A DNA stretch of 64,000 nucleotides from Eledone cirrhosa (Eukaryota): assembly GCA_964016885.1 (NCBI GenBank), contig OZ024741.1, forward strand, positions 36,208,001 through 36,272,000. Reading direction: 5' to 3'. The notes below the pieces were generated by a model. The model ran no database searches and had not been told where the DNA came from. It saw nothing but the letters and a program-made list of their open reading frames with translations. Of this stretch, positions 28,901 through 42,600 are shown one piece after another. Made by a program: the position numbers and the translations under genes. Position 1 is the first letter of the stretch. Each line of letters starts with the position of its first letter.

Positions 28901-31900
28901 CTATGGACTCTTAAGCCTATAAACTCTTCACCATTAGAACTCTTCAGCCTATGAACTCTTCACCCTAAGAACTCTTCAGCCTATGAACTCTTCATCCTAA
29001 GAACTCTTCAGCCTATGGACTCTTCAGCCTATGAACTCTTCACCCAAGAACTCTTCAGCCTATGAACTCTTCACCCTAAGAACTGTTCAGCCTATGAACT
29101 CTTCAGCCTATTAACTCTTCAGCCTATGGACTCTTCAGCCAATGAACTCTTCACCCTAAGAAATGTTCAGCCTATGAACTCTTGAACCTATGGACTCTTC
29201 AGCCTATGGAATCTTCACTCTAAGAACTCTTCAGCTTGTGAACTCTTCACCCTAAGAACTCTTCAGCCTAATGAACTCTTCAGGCTATAAACTCTTCACT
29301 CTATGAACTCTTCACCCTAAGAACTCTTCAGCCTATGAACTCTTCACCATAAAAATTCTTCAGCCTATGGACTCTTCACCCTAAGAACTCTTCAGCCTAT
29401 GGACTCTTCAGCCTATGAACTCTTCAGCCTATGGACACTTCAGCCCATGAACTCTTCACCCTAAGAACTCTTAAGCCTATGAAATCTTCAGGCTATGAAC
29501 TCTTCAGCCTATGGACTCCTCAGCCAATGAACTCTTCACTCTAAGAACTCTTCAGCTTATGGACTATTCAGCCTATGAACTATTCAGCCTATGGACTCTT
29601 CAGCCTATGGACTCTTCACGCTAAGAATTCTTCAGCCTATGGAGTATTCTGCCTATGAACTCTTCACCCTTATAACTTTTCAGGCTATTAACTCTTCACC
29701 CTATGAACTCTTCAGCCTATGGACTCTTCAGCCAATGAACTCTTCACCCTAGGAACTCTTCAGCCTATGAACTCTTCAACATATGGACACTTCAGACAAT
29801 GGACTCTTCATTCTAAGAACTCTTCAGCCTATGGACTCTTAAGCCTATGAATTCTTCACCCTAAGAACTCTTAAGCCTATCAACTCTTCAGCCTATGAAC
29901 TCTTCAGCCTATGGACTCTTCAGTCTTTGGACTCTTCACGCTAAGAATTCTTCAGCCTATGGACTATTCTGCCTATGAACTCTTCACACTTAGAACTCTT
30001 CAGGCTATTAACTCTTCACCCTAAGAACTCTTCGGCCTATGAACTCTTCACCCTATGAACTATTCAGCCTATGGACTCATCAGCCTATGAACTCTTCACC
30101 CTAAGAACTCTTCAGCCTATGAACTCTTCAGCCTATGAACTCTTCAGCTAATGGACTCTTCAGCCTATTAACTCTTCACACTAAGGACTGTTAAGTTTAT
30201 GGACTCTTCACCCTAAGCACTCTTCACCCTAAGAACTCTTCAGCCTATGGACTATTCAGCCTCCGACTCTTCAGCCTATGGACTCATCAGCCTATGGACT
30301 ATTCAGCCTATGAACTCTTTACCCTAAGAACTCTTCAGCCTGTGAACTCTTCGCCCTAAGTATTCTTCAGCCTATGGGCTCTTCACCCGAAGTACTATTC
30401 AGGCTATGGACTCTTCAGCCAATGAACTCATCAACCTATGGACTCTTCAGCCTATGAACTCTTCACACTTAAAACTCTTCAGACTATGAACTCTTCAGCC
30501 TATGGACTCTTCAGCCTATGGACTCTTCAGCCTATGAACTTTTCAGCCTATTGACTCTTCAGCCTAGGGACTCTTCACCCTAAGAACTCTTCAGCCTGTG
30601 AATTCTTCACCCTAAGAACTCTTCAGCCTATGGGCTCTTCACCCTAAGAACTCTTCAGCCTATGAACTCTTCACCATACAAACTCTTCAGCCTATGGACT
30701 CTTCACCCTAAGAACTCTTCAGCCTAGGGACTCTTCACCCTAAGAACTCTTCAGCCTATGGACTCTTCGGCCTATGAACTCTTCAGCCTATGATCTCTTC
30801 TGCCTATGAACTGTTCACCCTTAGAACTCTTCAGCCTAAGAACTCTTCACCCTAAGAACTCTTCAGCCTATGGACTCTTCAGTCTATAGATTCTTCAGCC
30901 TACGAACTCTTCAGCCTATGAACACATCAGGCTATTAACTCTTCACCCTAAGAACTCTTCAGCCTATGGACTCTTCAGCCTATGGACTCTTCACTCTATG
31001 GACTCTTCAGCCTATGGATTTTTCAGCCTATGAACTATTCAGCCTATGGACTTTCAGCCTATGGACACTTCCCCCTAAGCACTCTTCAGCCTATGGACTC
31101 GTCAACCTATATACTCCTCAGCCTATGGACACTTCAGGCTATGAACCCTATCACATTAAGAACTCTTGAGCCTATGAACTCTTCAGCCTATGAACTCTTC
31201 ACCCTAAGAACTCTTCAGCCTATAGACTCTTCAGCCTATGAACTCTTAGGCCTATGGACTCTTCAGCCTATGGACTCTTCAGCCTATGAACTCTTCACCC
31301 TAAGAGCTCTTCAGCCAATGGACTCTTCAGCCTATGAACTCTTAGGCCTATGGACTCTTCAAGCCTATGGACTCTTCACACTAAGAATTCTTCAGCCTAT
31401 GGACTATTCACCCTAAGAACTCTTCAGCCTATGAACTCTTCAGTCTATGTACTCTTCAGCCTATGAACTCTTCACCCTTAGAACTCTACAGGCTATTATC
31501 TCTTCACCCAAGAACTCTTCAGCCTATGAACTCTTCACCCTAAGAACCCTTCAGCCTATGGACTCTCAGCCTATGGACTCTTCACCCTAAGAAGTCTTCA
31601 GCCTATGAACTGTTCACTATTAGAACTCTTTAGCCTAAGAACTGTTTAGCCTATGGACTCGTCAGCCTATGAACTCTTCAGCCTTAGACTCTTCAGCCCA
31701 TGAACTCTTCACACTAAGAACTCTTCAACCTATGGACTCTTCAGCCTATGAACTCTTCACCCATAGAACTCTTCACTCTATGAACTCTTCACCCTAAGAT
31801 CTCATCAGCCTATGAACTCTTCACTGTAAGAACTCCTCAGCCTATGGATTCTTCAGCCTATGGACTCTTAAGCCTATAAACTCTTCACCATTAGAACTCT

Positions 31901-33600
31901 TCAGCCTATGAACTCTTCACCCTAAGAACTCTTCAGCCTATGAACTCTTCATCCTAAGAACTCTTCAGCCTATGGACTCTTCAGCCTATGAACTCTTCAC
32001 CCAAGAACTCTTCAGCCTATGAACTCTTCACCCTAAGAACTGTTCAGCCTATGAACTCTTCAGCCTATTAACTCTTCAGCCTATGGACTCTTCAGCCAAT
32101 GAACTCTTCACCCTAAGAAATGTTCAGCCTATGAACTCTTCAACCTATGGACTCTTCAGCCTATGGAATCTTCACTCTAAGAACTCTTCAGCTTGTGAAC
32201 TCTTCACCCTAAGAACTCTTCAGCCTAATGAACTCTTCAGGCTATAAACTCTTCACTCTATGAACTCTTCACCCTAAGAACTCTTCAGCCTATGAACTCT
32301 TCACCATAAGAATTCTTCAGCCTATGGACTCTTCACCCTAAAAACTCTTCAGCCTATGGACTCTTCAGCCTATGAACTCTTCAGCCTATGGACACTTCAG
32401 CCCATGAACTCTTCACCCTAAGAACTCTTAAGCCTATGAAATCTTCAGGCTATGAACTCTTCAGCCTATGGACTCCTCAGCCAATGAACTCTTCACTCTA
32501 AGAACTCTTCAGCTTATGGACTATTCAGCCTATGAACTATTCAGCCTATGGACTCTTCAGCCTATGGACTCTTCACGCTAAGAATTCTTCAGCCTATGGA
32601 CTATTCTGCCTATGAACTCTTCACCCTTAGAACTCTTCGGGCTATTAACTCTTCACCCTAACATCTCATTAGCCTATGAACTCTTCACCTAAGAACTATT
32701 CAGCCTATGGACTCTTAAGCCTATGAGCTCTTCAGCCTATGGACTCTTCAGCCAATGAACTCTTCACCCTAAGAACTCTTCAGCCTATGAACTCTTCAAC
32801 CTATGGACTCTTCAGCCTATGGACTCTTCACTCTAGGAACTCTTCAGCCTATGGACTCTTCAGTCTATGGACTATTCGGCCTATGAACTCTTTACCCTAA
32901 GAAATCTTCAGCCTGTGAATTCTTCACCCTAAGAACTCTTCAGCCTATGGGCTCTTCACCCTAAGAACTCTTCAGCCTATGAACTCTTCACCATACAAAC
33001 TCTTCAGCCTATGGACTCTTCACCCTAAGAACTCTTCGGCCTATGGACTCTTCATCCTATGAACTCTTCAGCCTATGGACTCTTCAGCCTATGGACTCTT
33101 CACACTAAGAACTCTTCAGCCTATGGACTCTTCAACCTAAAAACTTTTCAGTCTATGAATTCTTCAGTCTATGAACTCTTCAGCCCATGAACTGTTCACC
33201 CTTAGAACTCTTCAGCCTATGAACTCTTCACCCTTAGAACTTTTCAGGCTATTATCTCTTCACCGAAGAACTCTTCAGCCTATGAACTCTTCACCCTAAG
33301 AACTCTTCAGCCTATGGACTCTTCACCCTAAGATGTCTTCAGCCTATGAACTGTTCACTCTTAAAAATCTTTAGCCTAAGAACTCATCGGCCTATGAAAT
33401 GTTCAGCCTATGGACTCTTCAGCCAATGAACTCTTCACCGTATGAACTCTTCAGCCTATGAACTCTTCAACCTATGGACTCTTCAGCCTATGGACACTTC
33501 ACCCTAAGAAATCTTCTGCCTATGAACTCTTCAGGCTATGAACTCTTCATTCTATGAACTCTTCACCCTGAGAACTCTTCAGCCTATGAACTCTTCACCA
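14000..33600. repeat. Higher-order duplications within the satellite, offsets 4057, 6393, 3356 bp and ~10.3-10.45 kb (boundaries approximate)
   Basis: Near-identical pseudo-ORF sets start at 17160, 21217, 27610 and 30966. Rare variants gaacacatcaggc (x4) and cagcctccgactc (x7) recur in register. Confidence 0.9.
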
Positions 33601-36600
33601 TAAAATTTCCTCAGCCTATGGACTCTTCACCCTAAGAACTCTTCACCCTAAGAACTCTTCAGCCTATGAACTCTTCAGTCTATGAACTCTTCAGCCTATG
33701 AACTCTTCACCTTTAGATCTCTTCAGCCTATGGACTCTTCACCCTAAGAAGTCTCAGCCTATTAACTCTTTACACTAAGAACTCTTCAGCCTATGACCTT
33801 TTCACCCTAAGAACACTTCAGCCTATGGACTCTTCAGCATATGGACTCTTCAGCCTAGAAGTCTTCACCCTTAGAACTCTTCAGGCTATTAACTCTTCAC
33901 CCTAAGATCTCATCAGCCTATGAACTCTTCACCCTAAGAACTATTCAGCCTATGGACTCTTAAGCCTATGAACTCTTCAGCCTATGAACTCTTCAGCCTA
34001 TGAATTTTTCTGCCTATCGACTCTTCAGCCAATGAACTCTTCACCCTAAGAACTCTTCAGCCTATCAACTCTTCAAACTATGGTCTCTTCAGCCTATGGA
34101 CTCTTCACTCTAGGAACTCTTCAGCCTATGGAGTCTTCAGGCTATGGACTCTTCGGCCTATGAACTCTTTACCCTAAGAAATCTTCAGCCTATGGGCTCT
34201 TCACCCTAAGAACTCTTCAGCCTATGGACTCTTCATCCTATGAAATCTTCAGCCTATGGACTCTTCAGCCTGTGGATTCTTCAGCCTATAGACTCTTCAG
34301 CCTATAGATTCTTCAGCCTATGGAGACTTCCTCCTAAGCACTCTTAAGCCTATGGACTCTTCAACCTATATACTATTCAGCCTATGGACACTTCAGGCTA
34401 TGAACTCTTCACATTAAGAACTCTTCAGCCTATGAACTCTTGAGCCTATGAACTCTTCACCCTAAGAACTCTTCAGCCTATGGACTCTTCAGCCTATGAA
34501 CTCTTAGGCCTATGGACTCTTCAGCCCATGGACTCTTCAGCCTATGAATTCTTCACCCTAAGAACTCTTCAGCCTATGGACTCTTCAGCCTATGAACTCT
34601 TAGGCCTATGCACTCTTCAGCCTATGGATTCTTCACACTAAGAATACTTCAGCCTATGGACTCTTCACCCTAAGAACTCTTCAGCCTATGAACTCTTCAG
34701 TCTATGAACTCTTCAGCCTATGAGCTCTTCACCCTTAGAACTCTTCAGGCTATTATCTCTTCACCCAAGAACTCTTCAGCCTATGAACTCTTCACCCTAA
34801 GAACCCTTCAGCCTATGGACTCTCAGCCTATGGACTCTTAACACTAAGAAGTCTTCAGCCTATGAACTGTTCACTCTTAGAACTCTTTAGCCTAACAACT
34901 GTTTAGCCTATGGACTCGTCAGCCTATGAACTCTTCACCCTTAGACTCTTCAGCCCATGAACTCTTCACACTAAGAACTCTTCAACCTATGGACTCTTCA
35001 GCCTATGAACTCTTCACCCTTAGAACTCTTCAGGCTATTAACTCTTCACCCTAAGATCTCATCAGCCTATGAACTCTTCACCCTAAGAAATCTTCAGCCT
35101 ATGGATTCTTCAGCCTATGGACTCTTAAGCCTATGAACTCTTCACCCTAAGAACTGTTCAGCCTATGAACTCTTCAGCCTATTAACTCTTCAGCCTATGG
35201 ACTCTTCAGCCAATGAACTCTTCACCCTAAGAACTCTTCAACCTATGAACTCTTCAACCTATGGACTCTTCGGCCTATGGAATCTTCACTCTAAGAACTC
35301 TTCAGCCTGTGAACTCTTCACCCTAAGAACACTTCAGCCTAATGAACTCTTCAGGCTATGAACTCTTCACTCTATGAACTCTTCACCCTAAGAACTCTTC
35401 AGACTATGAACTCTTCAACCTATGGACTCTTCAGCCTATGTACTCTTCACCGTAAGCACTCTTCAGCCTATGGACTCTTCACCCTAAGAACTCTTCAGTC
35501 TATGAACTCTTCAGCCTATGGACCCCTCAGCCAATGAACTCTTCACCCTAAGAACTCTTCAGCCTATGAACTCTTCAGCCTATGGACTCTTCAGTCTTTG
35601 GACTCTTCATCCTATGAACTCTTTACCCTAAGAACTCTTCAGCCTGTGAACTCTTCACCCTTAGAACTCTCAGCCTATGGACTCTTCACCCTAAGAAATC
35701 TTCAGCCTATGGACGCTTCAGCCTATGAACTCTTCAACCTATGGACTCTTCACCCTAAGAATTCTTCAGCCTATTAACTCTTCAGGCTATCAACTCTTCA
35801 CTCTTTGAACTCTTCACCCTAAGGACTCTTCAGTCTATGAACTCTTCACCATAAAAACACTTCAGCCTATGCAATCTTCACCCTAACAACTCTTCAGCCT
35901 ATGGACTCTTCAGCCTATGGACTCTTCAGCCTGTGGATTCTTCAGCCTATGGACTCTTCAGACTATAGACTCTTCACCCTATGGACACTTCAGCCTATGA
36001 ACTCTTCACACTAAGAAATCTTCAGCCTATGAACTCTTCAGCCTATGGACTCTTCACCATAAGAACTCTTCAGCTTATGGACTCTTCAGCCTATGAAGTC
36101 TTAAGCCTATGGACTCTTCAGCCTTTGGATTCTTCTCGCTAAGAATTCTTCAGCCTATGGACTATTCTGCCTATGAACTCTTCACCCTTAGAACTATTCG
36201 GGCTTTTAACTCTTTACCCTAAGAACCCTTCGGTCTATGAACTCTTCACCCTAAGAACACTTCAGCCTATGGACTCTGCAGCCTATGGACTCATCAGCCT
36301 ATGAACTCTTAACCCTAAGAACTCTTCAGCCTATGAACTCTTCCACCTATGGACTCTTCAGCCTATGGACTCTTCGCCCTAAGCACTCTTCAGCCTAATG
36401 ACTCTTCACCCTAAGAACTCTTCAGCCAATGAACTCTTCACTCTAAGAAATCTTCAGCCTATAAACTCTTCGACCTATCGACTCTTCAGCCTATGGACTC
36501 TTCACTCTAAGAAATCTTCAGCCTATGAACTCTTCAGTCTTTGGACTCTTCAGCCTATGAACTCTTTACCCTAAGAACTCTTCAGCCTGTGAACTCTTCA

Positions 36601-39600
36601 CCCTAAGAACTCTTCAGCCTATGGGCTCTTCACCCTAAGAAATCTTCAGCCTATGGACGCTTCAGCCTATGAACTCTTCACTCTATGAACTATTCACCCT
36701 AAGAACTCTTCAGCCTATGAACTCTTCACCATAAAAACTCTTCAGCCTATGCACTCTTCACCCTAACAATTCTTCAGCCTATGGACTCTTCAGCCTATGG
36801 ACTCTTCAGCCTGTGGATTCTTCAGCCTATCGACTCTTCAACCTGTAGACTCTTCAGCCTATGGACACTTCAGCCTATGAACTCTTCACACTAAGAACTC
36901 TTCAGCCTATGAACTCTTCAGCCTATTAACTCTTCACGCTAAGAATTCTTCAGCCTATGGACTATTCTGCCTATGAACTCTTCACACTTAGAACTCTTCG
37001 GGCTATTAACTCTTCACCCTAAGAACTCTTCGGCCTATGAACTCTTCACCCTACGAACTCTTCAGCCTATGAACTCTTCAGCCTATGGACTCTTCGGCCT
37101 ATGAACTCTTCACCCTAAGAACTCTTCAGCCTATGAACTCTTCCACCTATGGACTCTTCAGCCTATGGACTCTTCACACTAAGCACTCTTCAGCCTATGG
37201 AATCTTCAACCTATATACTCTTCAGCCTATCGACACTTCAGCCTATGAACTCTTCACACTAAGAACTCTTCAGTCTATGAACTCTTCAGCCTATGAACAC
37301 TTCAGCCTATGAACTCTTCAGCCTATGGACTCTTCAGTCTATGGACGCTTCACACTAAGAACTCTTCAGCCTATCGACTCTTCACCCTAAGAAATCTTCA
37401 GCCTATGAACTCTTCAGTCTATGAAATCTTCAGCCTATGAACTCTTCACCATTAGAACTCTTCAGCTTATGAACTCTTCACCCTTAGAACTCTTCAGGCT
37501 ATTATCTCTTCACCCAAGAACTCTTCAGCCTTTGAACTCTTCACCCTAAGAACTCTTCAGCCTATGGACTCTTAAGCATATAGACTCTTCACAATAAGAA
37601 GTCTTCAGCCTATGAACTGTTCACTCTTAGTAATCTTTAGCCTAAGAACTGTTCAGCCTATGGACACTTCAGCCTATGATCTCTTCACACTTAGAACTCT
37701 TCAGCCTATGAACACTTCACACTATGAACTCTTCAGCCTATGGACTCTTCAGCCTATGAACTCTTCATCCTTAGAACTCTTCAGGCTATTAACTCTTCAC
37801 ACTAAGAACTCTTCAGCCTATGAACTCTTCACCCTAAGAACTCTTCAGCCTGTGAACTCTTCGCCCTAAGAATTCTTCAGCCTGTGGGCTCTTCACCCGA
37901 AGAACTATGCAGCCTATGGACTCTTCAGCCAATGAACTCCTCAACCTATGGACTCTTCAGCCTATGAACTCTTCACCTTTAAAACTCTTCAGCCTATGAA
38001 CTCTTCGCCCTAAGAACTCTTCAGCCTATGGACTCTTCAGCCAATGGACTCTTCAGCCTATTAACATTTCAGCCTATGGACTCTTCAGCCTATGAACTCT
38101 TCACCCTTAGAACTCTTCAGGCTATTAAGTCTTCACCCTAAGATCTCATCAGCCTATGAACTCGTCAGCCTAAGAACAATTCAGACTATGAAATCTTCAG
38201 CCTATGAACTCTTCAGCCTATGGACTCTTCAGCCTGTGGATTCTTCAGCCTATAGACTCTTCAGCCTATAGATTATTCAGCCTATGGACACTTCCCCCTA
38301 AGCACTCTTAAGCCTATGGTCTCTTCAACCTATATACTCTTCAGCCTATGGACACTTCAGGCTATGAACTCTTCACATTAAGATCTCTTCAGCCTATGAA
38401 CTCTTCAGCTTATGAACTCTTCACCCTAAGAACTCTTCAGCCTATGACTCTTAGGCCTATGGACTCTTCAGTCTATGGACTCTTCAGCCTATGAACTCTT
38501 CACCCTAAGAACTCTTCAGCATATGGACTCTTCAGCCTATGAACTCTTAGGCCTATGGACTCTTCAGCCTATGGACTCTTCACAGTAAGAATACTTCAGC
38601 CTATGGACTTTTCACCCTAAGAACTCTTCAGCCTATGAACTCTTCAGTCTATGAACTCTTCAGCCTATGAACTCTTCACCCTTAGAACTCTTCAGGCTAT
38701 TATCTCTTCACGCAAGAACTCTTCAGACTATGAACTCGTCACCCTAAGAACCCTTCAGCCTATGGACTCTCAGCCTATGGACTCTTAACCCTAAGAAGTC
38801 TTCAGCCTATGAACTGTTCACTCTTAGATCTCTTTAGCCTAACAACTGTTTAGCCTATGGACTCGTCAGCCTATGAACTCTTCACCCTTAGACTCTTCAG
38901 CCCATGAACTCTTCACACTAAGAACTCTTCAACCTATGGACTCTTCAGCCTATGAACTCTTCACCCTTAGAACTCTTCAGGCTATTAACTCTTCACCCTA
39001 AGATCTCATCAGCCTATGAACTCTTCACCCTAAGAAATCTTCAGCCTATGGATTCTTCAGCCTATGGACTCTTAAGCCTATGAACTCTTCACCCTAAGAA
39101 CTGTTCAGCCTATGAACTGTTCAGCCTATTAACTCTTCAGCCTATGGACTCTTCAGCCAATGAACTCTTCACCCTAAGAACTCTTCAGCCTATGAACTCT
39201 TCAACCTATGGACTCTTCGGCCTATGGAATCTTCACTCTAAGAACTCTTCAGCCAGTGAACTCTTCACCCTAAGAACTCTTCAGCCTAATGAACTCTTCA
39301 GGCTATGAACTCTTCACTCTATGAACTCTTCACCCTAAGAACTCTTCAGACTATGAACTCTTCCTCCTATGGACTCTTCAGCCTATGGACTCTTCACCGT
39401 AAGCACTCTTCAGCCTATGGACTCTTCACCCTAAGAACTCTTCAGCCTATGAACTCTTCAGCCTATGGACCCCTCAGCCAATGAACTCTTCACGCTAAGA
39501 ACTCTTCAGCCTATGAACTCTTCAGCCTGTGGACTCTTCAGTCTTTGGACTCTTCATCCTATGAACTCTTTACCCTAATAACTCTTCACTCTATGAACTC

Positions 39601-42600
39601 TTCACCCTAAGAACTCTTCAGACTATGAACTCTTCTTCCTATGGACTCTTCAGCCTAAGAACTCTTCAGCCAATGAACTCTTCACCCTAAGAACTCTTCA
39701 GCCTATAAACTCTTCGACCTATCGACTCTTCAGCCTATGGACTCTTCACTCTAAGAACTCTTCAGCCTATGAACTCTTCAGTCTTTGGACTCTTCAGCCT
39801 ATGAACTCTTTACCCTAAGAACTCTTCAGCCTGTGAACTTTTCACCCTAAGAACTCTTCAGCCTATGGGCTCTTCACCCTAAGAAATCTTCAGCCTATGG
39901 ACGCTTCAGCTTATGGACTCTTCAGCCTGTGGATTCTTCAGCCTATCGACTCTGCAGCCTGTAGACTCTTCAGCCTATGGACACTTCAGCCTATTAACTC
40001 TTCACACTAGGAACTCTTCAGCCTATGAACTCTTCAGCCTATTAACTCATCACGCTAAGAATTCTTCAGCCTATGGACTATTCTGCCTATGAACTCTTCA
40101 CACTTAGAACTCTTCGGGCTATTAACTCTTCACCCTAAGAACTCTTCGGCCTATGAACTCATCACCCTACGAACTCTTCAGCCTATGAACTCTTCAGCCA
40201 ATGAACTCTTCACCCTAAGAACTCTTCAGCCTATGAACTCTTCAACCTATGGACTCTTCGGCCTATGGAATCTTCACCCTAAGAACTCTTCAGCCTAATG
40301 AACTCTTCAGGCTATGAACTCTTCACTCTATGAACTCTTCACCCTAAGAACTCTTCAGACTATGAACTCTTTCTCCTATGGACTCTTCAGCCTATGGACT
40401 CTTCACCGTAAGCACTCTTCAGCCTATGGACTCTTCACCCTAAGAACTCTTCAGCCTATGAACTCTTCAGCCTATGGACCCCTCAGCCAATGAACTCTTC
40501 ACGCTAAGAACTCTTCAGCCTATGAACTCTTCAGCCTGTGGACTCTTCAGTCTTTGGACTCTTCATCCTATGAACTCTTTACCCTAATAACTCTTCAGCC
40601 TGTGAACTCTTCACCCTTAGAACTCTTCAGCCTATGGACTCTTCACCCTAAGAAATCTTCAGCCTATGGACGCTTCAGCCTATGAACTCTTCAACCTATG
40701 GACTCTTCACCCTAAGAATTCTTCAGCCTATGAACTCTTCAGGCTATCAACTCTTCACTCTCTGAACTCTTCACCCTAAGGACTCTTCAGTCTATGAACT
40801 TTTCACCATAAAAACTCTTCAGCCTATGCAATCTTCACCCTAACAACTCTTCAGCCTATGGACTCTTCAGCCTATGGACTCTTCAGCCTGTGGATTCTTC
40901 AGCCTATGGACTCTTCAGACTATAGACTCTTCACCCTATGGACACTTCAGCCTATGAACTCTTCACACTAAGAAATCTTCAGCCTATGAACTCTTCAGCC
41001 TATGGACTCTTCACCCTAAGAATTCTTCAGCTTATGGACTCTTCAGCCTATGAAGTCTTAAGCCTATGGACTCTTCAGCCCTTGGATTCTTCTCGCTAAG
41101 AATTCTTCAGCCTATGGACTATTCTGCCTATGAACTCTTCACCCTTAGAACTATTCGGGCTTTTAACTCTTTACCCTAAGAACCCTTCGGCCTATGAACT
41201 CTTCACCCTAAGAACTCTTCAGCCTATGGACTCTTCAGCCTATGGACTCATCAGCCTATGAACTCTTAACCCTAAGAACTCTTCAGCCTAAGAACTCTTC
41301 ACCCTAAGAACGCTTCAGCCTATGAACTCTTCCACCTATGGTCTCTTCAGCCTATGGACTCTTCACCCTAAGCACTCTTCTGTCTATGGACTCTTCAGCC
41401 TAAGAACTCTTCAGCCTATAAACTCTTCGACCTATCGACTCTTCAGCCTATGGACTCTTCACTCTAAGAACTCTTCAGCCTATGAACTCTTCAGTCTTTG
41501 GACTCTTCTGCCTATGAACTCTTTACCCTAAGAACTCTTCAGCCTGTGAACTTTTCACCCTAAGAACTCTTCAGCCTATGGGCTCTTCACCCTAAGAAAT
41601 CTTCAGCCTATGGACGCTTCAGCTTATGGACTCTTCAGCCTGTGGATTCTTCAGCCTATCGACTCTTCAGCCTGTAGACTCTTCAGCCTATGGACACTTC
41701 AGCCTATTAACTCTTCACACTAGGAACTCTTCAGCCTATGAACTCTTCAGCCTATTAACTCTTCACGCTAAGAATTCTTCAGCCTATGGACTATTCTGCC
41801 TATGAACTCTTCACACTTAGAACTCTTCGGGCTATTAACTCTTCACCCTAAGAACTCTTCGGCCTATGAACTCTTCACCCTACGAACTCTTCAGCCTATG
41901 AACTCTTCAGCCTATGGACTCTTCGGCCTATGAACTCTTCACCCTAAGAACTCTTCAGCCTATGAACTCTTCCACCTATGGACTCTTCAGCCTATGGACT
42001 CTTCACCCTAAGCACTCTTCAGCCTATGGAATCTTCAACCTATATACTCTTCAGCCTATCGACACTTCAGCCTATGAACTCTTCACACTAAGAACTCTTC
42101 AGTCTATGAACTCTTCAGCCTATGAACACTTCAGCCTATGAACTCTTCCACCTATGAACTCTTCAGCCTATGGATTCTTCACCCTAAGCACTCTTCAGCC
42201 TATGGACTCTTCAACCTATATACTCTTCAGCCTATCGACACTTCAGCCTATGAACTCTTCACACTAAGAACTCTTCAGTCTATGAACTCTTCAGCCTATG
42301 GACTCTTCAGTCTATGGACGCTTCACACTAAGAAATCTTCAGCCTATGAACTCTTCAGTCTATGAACTCTTCAGCCTATGAACTCTTCACTATTAGAACT
42401 CTTCAGCCTATGAACTCTTCACCCTTAGAACTCTTCAGGCTATTATCTCTTCACCCAAGAACTCTTCAGCCTTTGAACTCTTCACCCTAAGAACTCTTCA
42501 GCCTATGGACTCTTAAGCCTATAGACTCTTCACAATAAGAAGTCTTCAGCCTATGAAATGTTCACTCTTAGTAATCTTTAGCCTAAGAACTGTTCAGCCT

